The notes under the pieces were generated by a model. The model worked only from the letters and a program-made list of their open reading frames with translations, did no database searches and was not told the origin of the DNA. A stretch of DNA of 64,000 nt, from NCBI GenBank assembly GCA_028692395.1, contig JAQUXP010000016.1:5600-69599 (forward strand). Reading direction: 5' to 3'. This document shows, in pieces, positions 33,947-44,567 of the stretch. Both the position numbers and the translations under genes were made by a program. This DNA is from Lachnospiraceae bacterium. GTDB lineage: Bacteria; Bacillota; Clostridia; Lachnospirales; Lachnospiraceae. Numbering within the stretch: position 1 is the stretch's first letter; every line of letters starts with the position of its first letter.

Positions 33947-36900
33947 ATGAGCGAAGTTAAAATCTGGGAGGAATCCATCGTGCTCCCAACCTATGAGGTG
34001 GGAAAACCGGATAAAAACCCCATGTTTCTGGAAAAGAGAGTATATCAGGGAAGCACCGGGAAGATCTATCCCTACCCTGCAACCCAGGACATCTGCCAAA
34101 CGAAGAAGGATGTGCCCTGGAAGGCCGTAATGCTGGAAAATGAATATCTGAAAATCATGGTTCTTCCGGAGCTTGGAGGCAGAATCCAGAGAGCCTATGA
34201 TAAGACAAACGGATATGATTTTGTATACTACAATCATGTCATTAAGCCGGCACTGGTGGGACTCTTAGGACCCTGGATCTCAGGGGGAATCGAGTTTAAC
34301 TGGCCGCAGCATCACCGCCCCACAACCTATATGGCAGTGGATTATAAGATTCGTGAAAACAAGGACGGAAGTAAGTCCCTTCTTCTGGGGGACACGGACC
34401 AGATCAACGGAACCAAGGTGATCACCACCATTACCATCTATCCGGGCAGGGCTTATATTGAGATTCGGGGACAATTATACAACAGAACTCCTCTGCCTCA
34501 GACCTTCCTGTGGTGGGCGAATCCGGCAGTCCCGGTAAATGATTATACCCAGTCTATCTTTCCACCGGATGTACATTCTGTCTATGACCACGGAAAGAGA
34601 GCGGTATCCCGCTTCCCCATAGCTACAGGAGAGTATTACAAGCACGATTACAGTCAGGGAGTAGACATTTCCCGCTATAAGAATATTCCGGTGCCCACTT
34701 CCTATATGGCAGAAAGCTCTCAGTATAATTTTGTGGGCGGATATGACTACCAGAAGAAAGCCGGACTTCTCCATGTGGCAGATCATCATATATCTCCCGG
34801 AAAGAAACAGTGGACCTGGGGCTGCGGCGATTTTGGAAAAGCATGGGATCGGAATCTGACAGATGAGGATGGACCGTATATTGAGCTGATGACAGGCATG
34901 TACTGTGACAACCAGCCTGATTTTACCTGGCTTAAGCCCTATGAGGAGAAAGTATTTTATCAGTACTTTATGCCTTATAAGGAAGTCGGACAGGTGAAAA
35001 ATGCCAGCACAAAGGCGGTGCTTGGAACAGAATTTAGAAAAGAAGGACTCTATATCTGCGCCTATGGAACAGAAGTTTATGAGGATGCAAGGATTGTGGT
35101 CTATGATCAGGGCAGGAAGGTATATGAAGAAGCTGTCCGACTTTCCCCTGTGGATATTTATGAAAAGACCCTCGCCCTTAACCTTACTGACCGATACAAA
35201 GTAAAGGTAGCGGTGGAAGCGGGCCAAAGAGAGCTGATATCCTACCAGGAAGTAGATCAGGGAATTCCAAAGCTGGCAGAACCGGCACAGGCAATCGGTG
35301 ACCCGGAAAAGATTATGACAAATGATGAGCTTTTGATGGCTGGACAGCACATCGAGCAGTATCGCCATGCAACCTATCTGCCGGATCCCTATTATCTGGA
35401 GGGATTAAAGCGTGACAAGGGGGATGTGCGGATCAATAATGCCTATGGACTTTTACTGCTGCGAAGAGGTGACTTTGAGAGGGCTGAAAACTATTTCCGA
35501 AAAGCATTGGAGCGTCTGACAAAGCTGCATCCGAATCCATCGGACAGCGAGCCCTATTACAACCTGGGTCTGTCTCTGTTCTATCAGGAGCAGTATGACG
35601 ATGCTTTTGATGCATTTTACAAGGCAATCTGGTCCAGCGAGCAGCAGGAGATGGGATACTATTATCTGGGTGCCATCGCCTGCCGAAAAGGGGAATATGA
35701 GGAAGCACTGGAGCTTTTGGACAAGGGACTTGTAAAAAACTGGCATAATACCAAGGCCAGGGGATTAAAGGCTGCGATTCTTGCCCGCATGGGACGAAGA
35801 GAGGAATTACAGCAGCTTGTTATGGAGAACCTGCAGCTGGATCAGTTTGATTATGTAACAAGATTTGTAGATGCATTCTGCAGCCAGGATAAGGAACAGG
35901 TGGCTGCAATCCGTCAGCTATGCCGGGATTCCAAAGATACCATACTGTCTGCGGCCAGAGACTTTATGGAGAGTGGTTTATATGAGGAGGCACTGAAGAC
36001 ACTTGAGGTCTATGAGGGAACCTTCCCTATGATTTCCTACTATAGGGCTGCCTGCCTGGAGAAGCTTGAGGATCCGGCTGCAGTCAGCGCTGTACAGGAA
36101 GGAGAGGCAGCAGATCCATATATCTGCTTCCCGAATAAGCTCGAGGATATCGCCGTACTGAGAACCGCCATGCGACTGGAAAAACATGCTGCAAAAGCAC
36201 CATATTATCTGGGCTGCCTGTATTATGATAAGCTTGATTTTGGTCAGGCAGTTGCACTGTGGGAGCAGTCCGAGACCTGTGATAATCAGTTCCCTACGGT
36301 ACTTAGAAACCTTTCCATCGCCTACTATAACAAGAAAAAGGAACCACAAAAAGCACTGGATCATCTGGAAAGAGCATTTCAGCTGGATCAAAGCGATGCC
36401 AGAATCTTCCTGGAGCTGGATCAGCTCCACAAGAAGATGGGATACTCCTTCCAGAGAAGAATCGATGACTTTAAGGCCCATGCAGAGCTGATTACGCAGC
36501 GGGACGATCTGTATCTGGAATATGTTACCGTGCTGAATCAGGCAGGATACTTCCAGGAGGCTCACCAGGCTGTTACTGCTCATAACTTCCAGACCTGGGA
36601 GGGTGCAGAAGGAAAGATTACTGCACAGTTTAAGATCTCACTTGCGGAGCTGGCAAAACAGAAGCTGGCGGCAGCTGCATATTCAGAAGCGGAGCAACTG
36701 ATTCGGGAGGCACTTTCCTACCCGGAAAGTCTGGGAGAAGGACGTCTGGAAGGAACGAAGGATAACGATCTGTATTATCTTCTGGGAGAAAGTCTGGAAA
36801 AACAGGGAAAAGAAGAGGAGGCCGGGATCTGCCATCAGAAGGCAACCCTTGGCGTCATGGAACCGGCAGGCATGATGTATTACTACGATCAGCCTGCAGA

Positions 36901-37225
36901 CATGATCTATTATCAGGGAAAGGCCAAGGAAAAACTGGGAAGCCAGGCAGAGGCCAATGCCAGATATTACAAGTTAATCGATTATGGTGAAAAACATCTC
37001 AGGGATACATTTGTTATGGATTATTTTGCAGTTTCCATGCCGGACTTCCTCATCTTCGAAGAGGATATGGACCAGAAGAATCAGGTACACTGTTACTATC
37101 TGATGGGACTTGGAAAACTGGGACTTGGGAAAAAGCAGGAGGCGGCAGAAGCTTTCCAAAAAGCACTGGATTTGGATCACAATCATCAAAATGCCGCCAT
37201 TTATCTGCGTATGTGCAACGCCTAA
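33947..37225 (+). CDS. DUF5107-like N-terminal domain protein with a long TPR-repeat C-terminal region (1092 aa, no signal peptide)
   Basis: The N-terminus MSEVKIWEESIVLPTYEVGKPDKNPMF...GGIEFNWPQHHRP matches my memory of DUF5107. The C-terminal 600 aa contains repeated TPR-like A/Y/L patterns. Confidence 0.65.
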   Translation: MSEVKIWEESIVLPTYEVGKPDKNPMFLEKRVYQGSTGKIYPYPATQDICQTKKDVPWKAVMLENEYLKIMVLPELGGRIQRAYDKTNGYDFVYYNHVIKPALVGLLGPWISGGIEFNWPQHHRPTTYMAVDYKIRENKDGSKSLLLGDTDQINGTKVITTITIYPGRAYIEIRGQLYNRTPLPQTFLWWANPAVPVNDYTQSIFPPDVHSVYDHGKRAVSRFPIATGEYYKHDYSQGVDISRYKNIPVPTSYMAESSQYNFVGGYDYQKKAGLLHVADHHISPGKKQWTWGCGDFGKAWDRNLTDEDGPYIELMTGMYCDNQPDFTWLKPYEEKVFYQYFMPYKEVGQVKNASTKAVLGTEFRKEGLYICAYGTEVYEDARIVVYDQGRKVYEEAVRLSPVDIYEKTLALNLTDRYKVKVAVEAGQRELISYQEVDQGIPKLAEPAQAIGDPEKIMTNDELLMAGQHIEQYRHATYLPDPYYLEGLKRDKGDVRINNAYGLLLLRRGDFERAENYFRKALERLTKLHPNPSDSEPYYNLGLSLFYQEQYDDAFDAFYKAIWSSEQQEMGYYYLGAIACRKGEYEEALELLDKGLVKNWHNTKARGLKAAILARMGRREELQQLVMENLQLDQFDYVTRFVDAFCSQDKEQVAAIRQLCRDSKDTILSAARDFMESGLYEEALKTLEVYEGTFPMISYYRAACLEKLEDPAAVSAVQEGEAADPYICFPNKLEDIAVLRTAMRLEKHAAKAPYYLGCLYYDKLDFGQAVALWEQSETCDNQFPTVLRNLSIAYYNKKKEPQKALDHLERAFQLDQSDARIFLELDQLHKKMGYSFQRRIDDFKAHAELITQRDDLYLEYVTVLNQAGYFQEAHQAVTAHNFQTWEGAEGKITAQFKISLAELAKQKLAAAAYSEAEQLIREALSYPESLGEGRLEGTKDNDLYYLLGESLEKQGKEEEAGICHQKATLGVMEPAGMMYYYDQPADMIYYQGKAKEKLGSQAEANARYYKLIDYGEKHLRDTFVMDYFAVSMPDFLIFEEDMDQKNQVHCYYLMGLGKLGLGKKQEAAEAFQKALDLDHNHQNAAIYLRMCNA

Positions 37226-37239
37226 ACAGGGGAGGGTGT

Positions 37240-38067
37240 CTATTTTTTGGAATTGCGGTATTCGGAGGGACTCATGCCCATGACGGACTTGAACTGCTTG
37301 GTGAAATGTGACTGATACTCAAAGTCCATCCACTCGGCGATTTCCTTGACGGAGAGGTCCGTCTTCTCCAGAAGCTCGCAGGCTTCCTGGATTCGCATCT
37401 CACAGATGTATTTCTGCGGTGATTTTCCGGTTCTTTTCTTGAAAATCCGGTAGATCTGTGAGGTGTCCAGCCGCATGCAGTTGGCGAGATCCACCACAGA
37501 GATCTGGGAACGGACATTGCGGCGCAGATAGTTCAGCGCCTCATCGAAGCGGGAATAGCTGCTATTCGAAGAACTCGCGCCGTGGTTCTGGTTTGCACGG
37601 ATCAGACAACCGATAAAGAGATAAAAATATCCGGTGATCAAAGCGATGTTTCTGGAATCACGGGTCTCATTGTAGATGTTCATAATCAGGTTTTCCAGCT
37701 CATTGTCAACTTCATAGTGAAAGATCAGATGATTTTCGTCAAGTCCGGCCTCCTCCAGGAGGGACCGGACTTTTTTGCCGTTAAATGCTACCCAGATCAG
37801 ATCCCAGGGATCTACCTTATCCGCCGTATGCACAATCGTAGTGTCAGGGGTGATCAAAAAGCCATCATTTTTGCTCAGCGAATAATTCGTTTTTCCCACC
37901 GAGTAGACTCCCTTTCCACTTGTGATAAAGTGAATCAGATAGTAATCCCGGGTGTCTTTTCCATAGCTGTAATTTGGTATGGTAGAACAGAAGCCGGAAT
38001 GAAGCACGATGACATCATCGTCACAGTCCGGGGTAGAGGTGTGAATATATTGATCATATACCAGCAT
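37240..38067 (-). CDS. AraC family transcriptional regulator
   Basis: A cupin-like N-terminus is followed by a C-terminal HTH pair (VVDLANCMRLDTSQIYRIFKKRTGKSPQKY...FEYQSHFTKQFKSVMGMSPSEYR). Confidence 0.85.
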   Translation of the reverse strand: MLVYDQYIHTSTPDCDDDVIVLHSGFCSTIPNYSYGKDTRDYYLIHFITSGKGVYSVGKTNYSLSKNDGFLITPDTTIVHTADKVDPWDLIWVAFNGKKVRSLLEEAGLDENHLIFHYEVDNELENLIMNIYNETRDSRNIALITGYFYLFIGCLIRANQNHGASSSNSSYSRFDEALNYLRRNVRSQISVVDLANCMRLDTSQIYRIFKKRTGKSPQKYICEMRIQEACELLEKTDLSVKEIAEWMDFEYQSHFTKQFKSVMGMSPSEYRNSKK

Positions 38068-38309
38068 GATTTTCTCCTTTTTCGGTGTTGGAATATCACA
38101 AGTATAAGATAAAAAAATAAAAGATGCAAGATTTATATAAAAACACGCATGTAATAATTATATCATTGACGTTCGTCGATATGTATAATAAAAACATGAA
38201 CTGAGTGAGTTGTTTAGAAAAAATACCGGTATTTCGTAAAAAATAGCTGATTCATAGCAACTAATCCATGTTGAATTATAGTGGAAAAAGTAAAAGGAGA
38301 AAAGAGAAT

Positions 38310-39614
38310 ATGAAAATGTATAAGAAAGTAATTGCTGCCTTGATGACAGGAACTATGGCGGTATCTCTTGCAGCATGCGGAGGCACAGGAAATACAGGAA
38401 GCACCAGCGCAGCAAGTGCGAGTTCTTCCAAAGCATCAGCTTCTGACAAATCCAGCGGTGAAAAAGCCAATCTGAAGATGATCTTCTGGGACAGCAATCA
38501 GGAACCAGGACTCGTAGCTATGGCAGAAGGATTTATGAAGCAGAATCCGGATATTAATGTTTCCGTTGAGACGATTCCATGGGATGAGTACTGGACAAAG
38601 CTGCAGGCAGCAGCAACCGGAGGTGATATGCCGGACGTCGTAGTGATGCATCCGGATCAGGTAAAGAACTATGCAGAGGGCAACATGCTTATGGATCTGT
38701 CAGACGTTCTGGCGGGAGACACGGCAAATGCTTCTCATTTCCCGGACTATGTGGTCAATGATTTCACAATTGACGGCAAACAGTATGGTGTTCCGAAGGA
38801 TCTGGGAATCATCGGACTGTTTTACAACAAGGATCTGTTTGACAAGGCAGGCGTTGCCTACCCGACCAATGACTGGACCTGGGATGATCTGATGAGTGCA
38901 GCAGAAAAGCTGACGAACAAAGATAACGATGTATACGGATTCGCAGCACCGAATGAGGGACAGAACTTCTACTGGAATCTGATCTGGCAGAATGGCGGAG
39001 ATGTATTCAACAAAGATAAGAGTGTGTGCACCTTTGATTCACCGGAGACAATCGAGGCTATGAAGTATGCAGTATCCTTCGTGGAAAAAGGATATTCTCC
39101 TACACCTGCAGACTTTGCAAACCTGACACAGGATGAGTACTTTGAATCTGGAAAATGCGCTATGATCACAACAGGTTCCTGGATGCTGACAGAGTATCTT
39201 GCAGTAGAGGGACTGAACTTTGATATTGCCGAGATGCCGATGCAAAAGGTAAAAGCAACCGAGTGCAGTGGTATGGCATTCTCTGTAGCAGCGAACACAA
39301 AATACCCGGAAGCAGCGAAAAAGCTGGTGGAGTATCTGGGATCCGAAGAGGCTCAGCTGATCGAAGCAAAATCCGGTGTTGCAATTCCGGCTTATGAAAA
39401 CACAGCACAGCCATGGGTTGATTCCTTTACCACAATTAATGCGGCTCCACTTGTAGCAGGCGCTGAGTATGGACATACAAGCCCGGGACTTACCACTTCC
39501 AATGAGGCATCTGCAATTCTGGATGACATTATGCCACAGGTATTCTCACTGGAAATGCCGGTTGAGGAAGGCTGTAAAGCAATTGCAGAAGGCGTAAATG
39601 CTTTGATTCAGTAA
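38310..39614 (+). CDS. carbohydrate ABC transporter substrate-binding lipoprotein
   Basis: A lipobox (VSLAACGG) and a Ser-rich linker are present. ATG 38310 follows AAAGGAGAAAAG. Confidence 0.85.
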   Translation: MKMYKKVIAALMTGTMAVSLAACGGTGNTGSTSAASASSSKASASDKSSGEKANLKMIFWDSNQEPGLVAMAEGFMKQNPDINVSVETIPWDEYWTKLQAAATGGDMPDVVVMHPDQVKNYAEGNMLMDLSDVLAGDTANASHFPDYVVNDFTIDGKQYGVPKDLGIIGLFYNKDLFDKAGVAYPTNDWTWDDLMSAAEKLTNKDNDVYGFAAPNEGQNFYWNLIWQNGGDVFNKDKSVCTFDSPETIEAMKYAVSFVEKGYSPTPADFANLTQDEYFESGKCAMITTGSWMLTEYLAVEGLNFDIAEMPMQKVKATECSGMAFSVAANTKYPEAAKKLVEYLGSEEAQLIEAKSGVAIPAYENTAQPWVDSFTTINAAPLVAGAEYGHTSPGLTTSNEASAILDDIMPQVFSLEMPVEEGCKAIAEGVNALIQ

Positions 39615-39639
39615 ATTCAAGATGTAACAGATCAGGATA

Positions 39640-39682
39640 ACTCTGTGATTGGCGGCAGCGTTCGCTGTCACAGAGTTTTTTT
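39640..39682 (+). terminator. intra-operon terminator-like hairpin between the SBP and permease genes
   Basis: ACTCTGTGA (39640-39648) pairs with TCACAGAGT (39668-39676), followed by TTTTTT. Confidence 0.6.
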
Positions 39683-39697
39683 ATAGGAGGATTTTAC

Positions 39698-40612
39698 GTG
39701 GAAACAGCAAAGAAAAAAGTTAAAATCGGAAAGCGGAAAAGAACGACCTATCTTTATGGCTATCTGTTTATTGCCCCGACGGTGATCGGTGTTATGGTGC
39801 TGAATCTGTGGTCTGTAATACAGTCTTTTTATTACAGCTTCAATGAAGTAAAAGGATTTGCAGCTCCAAAGTTTATCGGGCTTGCCAACTATGCAAGACT
39901 CTTTGGAGATGCAGAGATCTGGCGTTCCATCGGAAACACCTTTTTGTATTCTCTGATTACGGTACCCCTGGGCGTATTGCTTTCGCTGGTAGTTGCAGTT
40001 CTTCTAAATGCAAAGATCAAAGGAAAAGGAGTCTTTCGATGCATCTATTTCCTTCCGGTCGTATCTGCTCCCGCAGCTGTTGCCCTTGTATGGAAATGGC
40101 TCTATAACAAGGACTATGGTTTGATTAATGAGATGCTAAGCGCTATCGGCATTGGGCGCATCGACTGGCTTGGAAAGCCATCCATGGCACTGATCTCTGT
40201 AGCGATTGTAGGAATCTGGACTATGGTAGGTTATAACATGGTAATTCTGATTGCAGGTCTGCAGGACATTCCCAAAGGACTGTACGAAGCAGCGGAGATT
40301 GACGGCGCAGGACCATTTGCAAAGTTTTTTAAGATTACCCTGCCTATGGTATCCCCAACTCTGTTTTTTGTCAGTGTGACTACCATCATCAGTTCTCTGC
40401 AGGTATTTGATCTGATTTACATGATGATGAAACCCAGCAGTCCGGCCTTTAAGAGCGTAGAATCTATTGTATATCTGTTCTACCGCTACACATTTACCAG
40501 TTATAACAAGGGTTATGGATCTGCAATTGTTGTTCTGCTGTTTGTCATTATCCTGTTTATTACATTTATTCAGATGAAGCTGCAGAAAAAATGGGTTCAC
40601 TATAACGACTGA
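39698..40612 (+). CDS. carbohydrate ABC transporter permease (MalF-like)
   Basis: The GTG start lies 8 nt after AGGAGG. The EAA loop reads YEAAEIDGAGPFAKFFKITLPM. Confidence 0.85.
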   Translation: METAKKKVKIGKRKRTTYLYGYLFIAPTVIGVMVLNLWSVIQSFYYSFNEVKGFAAPKFIGLANYARLFGDAEIWRSIGNTFLYSLITVPLGVLLSLVVAVLLNAKIKGKGVFRCIYFLPVVSAPAAVALVWKWLYNKDYGLINEMLSAIGIGRIDWLGKPSMALISVAIVGIWTMVGYNMVILIAGLQDIPKGLYEAAEIDGAGPFAKFFKITLPMVSPTLFFVSVTTIISSLQVFDLIYMMMKPSSPAFKSVESIVYLFYRYTFTSYNKGYGSAIVVLLFVIILFITFIQMKLQKKWVHYND

Positions 40613-40626
40613 GAAGGGAGAAGAAA

Positions 40627-41451
40627 ATGAAGACAAAGAAAAAACAGAATATCATCATCTATATTATACTGGTTGTTATGGCATTTGTCATGGTTCTCCC
40701 GTTCATATGGACAGTCCTGACAGCATTTAAAACCCAGGCAGAGGCTCTGAAGGTACCACCTCAGATCCTGCCGTCCTCCTGGAGCTTTATCAATTATGTG
40801 AAAGTAAGCGAGGTGCTGCCCTTTGCGGCATTCTTCCTGAATACCTTCCTGATGGTAATTGCCCGCGTGGTGTGTGCGATTTTCTTCAGTGCACTTGCGG
40901 GTTATGCTTTTGCCAGAATTGAGTTTCCGGGAAAAAACATTTTATTTACCTTAGTTTTGATGCAGATGATGCTGCCGTCTCAGATCTTTATTCTGCCCCA
41001 GTATCTGATTGTCAGTAAGCTTGGGTGGCTGAATACAGTGAAAGCCCTGGTGGTTCCGGGAGTTGTAAGTACCTTTGGTACCTTTTTGCTGAGACAGTTC
41101 TTTATGGGAATTCCAAAGGATCTGGAAGAGGCATCCGTGCTGGATGGCTGCAGTATCTGGAAAACCTTCTGGAAGATTATGCTTCCGCTGGCAAAATCAG
41201 GACTGGTATCCCTTGGAATCTTCACAGCACTTTTTGCATGGAAGGATCTGATGTGGCCGCTGATCGTTAATATGTCCATCGAGAAGATGACATTATCTTC
41301 CGGACTGGTTACACTGATGGGACAGTATTCTGTGGATTATCCACAGCTGATGGCAGGTTCTGTCATCGCAATTTTACCTATGATCATCCTGTTTTTGATC
41401 TTCCAGAAGCAGTTTGTAGAAGGAATCGCAACAACCGGAACAAAAGGATAA
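40627..41451 (+). CDS. carbohydrate ABC transporter permease (MalG-like)
   Basis: The EAA loop reads LEEASVLDGCSIWKTFWKIMLPL. Confidence 0.85.
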   Translation: MKTKKKQNIIIYIILVVMAFVMVLPFIWTVLTAFKTQAEALKVPPQILPSSWSFINYVKVSEVLPFAAFFLNTFLMVIARVVCAIFFSALAGYAFARIEFPGKNILFTLVLMQMMLPSQIFILPQYLIVSKLGWLNTVKALVVPGVVSTFGTFLLRQFFMGIPKDLEEASVLDGCSIWKTFWKIMLPLAKSGLVSLGIFTALFAWKDLMWPLIVNMSIEKMTLSSGLVTLMGQYSVDYPQLMAGSVIAILPMIILFLIFQKQFVEGIATTGTKG

Positions 41452-41475
41452 GTATAAGAATAAGGAGAAGAAGAC

Positions 41476-43572
41476 ATGTCGATAGAAGTATATCAGGAGC
41501 GGCTTTTTACATTACAGACAGCGCATACCTCTTATGTGTTTTGTATCAATGAACAGGGAATTGCAGAAAACCTGTATTGGGGAAAAAAGATACAGAGGAC
41601 GGAGGATTTTGCCGATGTCTCTACACAGCATGTATTCGTAAATGTGAATGGGCCTCAGAGCATTCAGGAAGAGTGCTCCTCCTACGGCAGTATGCGTTAC
41701 AAAGAAACATCCCTGCGGCTTCAGTTTTTCGATGGAGTGGACGATTTCCGTTATCGGGGATGTGAATATAAGATTGATGGAAATGTTTTGGAGATTGTGC
41801 TGAAGGATATCTTTTATTCCTTTTCCGTACACCTTTTCTATCAGGTGTTTGAGGAAGAGGATATCATCAAAAAGTGGAGAGTTGCCGAGAATACAGGGAA
41901 GGAACCGGTGATACTGGATCGCATCTATTCCGGAGAATTCGGACTTTTTGGAAGCGGCTATCGTGCCATAAACTATAATGGCAGATGGGGCGCAGAATTC
42001 CTGAGAGAAGAAGATTCCATCACCTACGGAAAAAAGGTATATGAGAGTCTGTATGGGCTTTCCGGCCATACGGTTAATCCGGCGTTTATCGTCCATCGGG
42101 ATGGAACCGAGACAACAGGAGAGGTGTATTATGGCGTGCTGGAGTATTCCGGTGATTTTAAGACCGTGATAGAGGCGGTAAACTGCGGCTATCTGAATAT
42201 CCTCATCGGCATCAATGATACTGATTTTCAGTGGAAGCTTGCAGGCGGGGAGTCATTTACCACCCCGGCTGTATACGGAGGCTACAGCGATCAGGGCTTT
42301 CAGGAGATGACACACTGTCTGACCCGACTTTCGAGAAACTATCTGATGCCGAAAAAGAAGGCAAATCAGGTGCTTCCGGTGCTCTATAATTCCTGGTATG
42401 CGACACTCTTTGATGTGAAATGTGACGAGCAGATCGCTCTCGCCAGGAAGGCAGCCGATACAGGCGTGGAGCTTTTTGTGATCGATGATGGATGGTTTAC
42501 AGGACGAAAGAACGACAAGGCGGGACTTGGAGACTGGTTTGTTGACAGAGAGAAGTTTCCCCAGGGTCTGGAGCCGCTGATTCGGGTGGTGAATGAGCTT
42601 GGTATGAAATTTGGCGTCTGGATTGAGCCGGAGATGGTGAATCCCGACAGTGATCTCTACCGGGAGCATCCGGAGTGGATCTATTGCTACAAGAACCGCG
42701 AGGTGCTGATGGGACGCAATCAATATATGCTGGATATGACCAACGGAGAGGTGATCGATTATCTGACGCAGATATTCCATAAGCTGCTGTCCGAGAACAA
42801 AATTGACTATATCAAGTGGGATATGAACCGCTATGCGGCAGAGCGTGGGAGTGCAAGCCTGCCAAAGGAAGAATGGCAGACGATTGCCTGGAGAAACACC
42901 CAGGGAGTGTATACGCTGATTGAACGGCTTCGCAGCCGCCATCCGGAGGTGGAATTCGAAGCCTGTGCCTCAGGCGGAGCCCGGGTGGATTATGGGGCTA
43001 TGCGCTACTTTGATGAATACTGGCCAAGTGATAATACCGATCCGCTGGATCGCCTGATGATTCAGGAAAGCTACAGCTATCTGTACCCGGTAAAATATAT
43101 GCGGGCATGGCTTACCGACGACTTCGGGATGAATCGGAGGAAGATTCCACTTGCTTTCTCCATGCACAGTGCCATGTGCGGAAGTTTGGGAATCGGAGTA
43201 AATCTGAATCAGATCTCGGAGGAAGACAAAGAGCAGATTGCGGACTATGTGCAGCAGTACAAGGAGGTACGTGCTACTATTCAGATGGGCGAGCTTTATC
43301 GGCTCCAGTCCCTGCAGGATGGAGATCTGCAGGCGCTCTGCTACAATGACGAAGACAGAAGCGTGCTCTTCGTATTCCTGGATCACCAGCGTTATGGTGC
43401 AACCTGCCACGAAGTGAAGCTGCGTGGATTGTGCGAGGATGCCCTTTATCGCTATAAAATAGAAGAAACAGAGGCTGTAAAATCAGGAGCCTATCTGATG
43501 CAGCAGGGAATTCTGCTGAAATTGCAGGGTGACTACGACAGCCGGATGATCATATTGGAAAAACAAAAGTAA
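41476..43572 (+). CDS. alpha-galactosidase, glycoside hydrolase family 36
   Basis: FVIDDGWF and the nucleophile region IDYIKWDMNR are present, along with CASGGARVD. The length is about 700 aa. Confidence 0.85.
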   Translation: MSIEVYQERLFTLQTAHTSYVFCINEQGIAENLYWGKKIQRTEDFADVSTQHVFVNVNGPQSIQEECSSYGSMRYKETSLRLQFFDGVDDFRYRGCEYKIDGNVLEIVLKDIFYSFSVHLFYQVFEEEDIIKKWRVAENTGKEPVILDRIYSGEFGLFGSGYRAINYNGRWGAEFLREEDSITYGKKVYESLYGLSGHTVNPAFIVHRDGTETTGEVYYGVLEYSGDFKTVIEAVNCGYLNILIGINDTDFQWKLAGGESFTTPAVYGGYSDQGFQEMTHCLTRLSRNYLMPKKKANQVLPVLYNSWYATLFDVKCDEQIALARKAADTGVELFVIDDGWFTGRKNDKAGLGDWFVDREKFPQGLEPLIRVVNELGMKFGVWIEPEMVNPDSDLYREHPEWIYCYKNREVLMGRNQYMLDMTNGEVIDYLTQIFHKLLSENKIDYIKWDMNRYAAERGSASLPKEEWQTIAWRNTQGVYTLIERLRSRHPEVEFEACASGGARVDYGAMRYFDEYWPSDNTDPLDRLMIQESYSYLYPVKYMRAWLTDDFGMNRRKIPLAFSMHSAMCGSLGIGVNLNQISEEDKEQIADYVQQYKEVRATIQMGELYRLQSLQDGDLQALCYNDEDRSVLFVFLDHQRYGATCHEVKLRGLCEDALYRYKIEETEAVKSGAYLMQQGILLKLQGDYDSRMIILEKQK

Positions 43573-43628
43573 CAATAGTAAATGATGAGCGTGCAGCGAC
43601 ATGTCGTCGCAGGAAGGGGGAGACTGCC

Positions 43629-44567
43629 TTGAAGAAAAAGCTGGAAATCCGGAAGGAATACTGGAAGGAAAAACCGGTAATCGTCCTGGAAAATGATGTG
43701 CTTCGGGTGAAGGTCCGCCCCAATCCGGGAGCCAGGCTGGTGTCGGTGTATCATAAGGGAAAAGCGTTTGAGCTTGCCGCCCAGCCTTCCGGGAGAAGTC
43801 AGGGAACCTTACAGGGAGATTCGCCCTCCTTTGCGGACTTTGACCCTTCCGGCATGGATGATGCATTTCCAAATATCGATCCGGAGCAGGTAATGGCAGC
43901 AGGGCGAAAGCTGCAGTATCCGGATCATGGAGAGGTATGGAGTCATCCTTTTTCCAGCAGGCAGGAAGACGAACAGGTATCTCTTGTTTTTGAAAGCGGT
44001 GTGTTTGCCTACCGTTATCAAAAGGATATTGCGCTGGAGGGGGATTCACTAATCCTGCATTATCAGATCAGCAATCAGGGAAGAGAATCTCTGCCCTGTA
44101 TCTGGACCTTTCATGGATTGCTGCGTTACGAAGAAGATATGGAATTGTTCTTTGATACTTCTGTCAGGGGATTTGTGAATGTCTTTGAAAATGCAGCTCT
44201 TGGAGCAGTTGGCACCAGATATGCGGTGGAGGATGACAGATATTCCTTCTGTCGGGTTCCGGCCCCTGACACATGCAGTATGACCAAGTATTATGCGGAT
44301 GGTCCCCTTCAGGTGGGACACTGCGGTGTCTATTATCCATCGGCAGGCGTTCGTGCTACCCTTTCCTATGATGCAAAAACACTCCCTTATCTGGGAGTGT
44401 GGATCACAGCGGGTGGATTCCAGGGAGATTATAATTGCGCCCTGGAACCATCCAATGGTTATTATGACAGTATTTCCTGTGCAAAAAAACATAACAGTCT
44501 TTATGAACTTCCGCCCGGGGAGAGCCTTACATTTACGATTCGGCTTCGCTTGGATGCAAAAGCTTGA
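43629..44567 (+). CDS. putative aldose-1-epimerase/mutarotase-like fold protein
   Basis: The TTG start follows GGGGGAG. The call rests on weak motif resemblance only ([12 protein letters not shown]) and on position after the GH36 gene. Confidence 0.4.
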   Translation: MKKKLEIRKEYWKEKPVIVLENDVLRVKVRPNPGARLVSVYHKGKAFELAAQPSGRSQGTLQGDSPSFADFDPSGMDDAFPNIDPEQVMAAGRKLQYPDHGEVWSHPFSSRQEDEQVSLVFESGVFAYRYQKDIALEGDSLILHYQISNQGRESLPCIWTFHGLLRYEEDMELFFDTSVRGFVNVFENAALGAVGTRYAVEDDRYSFCRVPAPDTCSMTKYYADGPLQVGHCGVYYPSAGVRATLSYDAKTLPYLGVWITAGGFQGDYNCALEPSNGYYDSISCAKKHNSLYELPPGESLTFTIRLRLDAKA

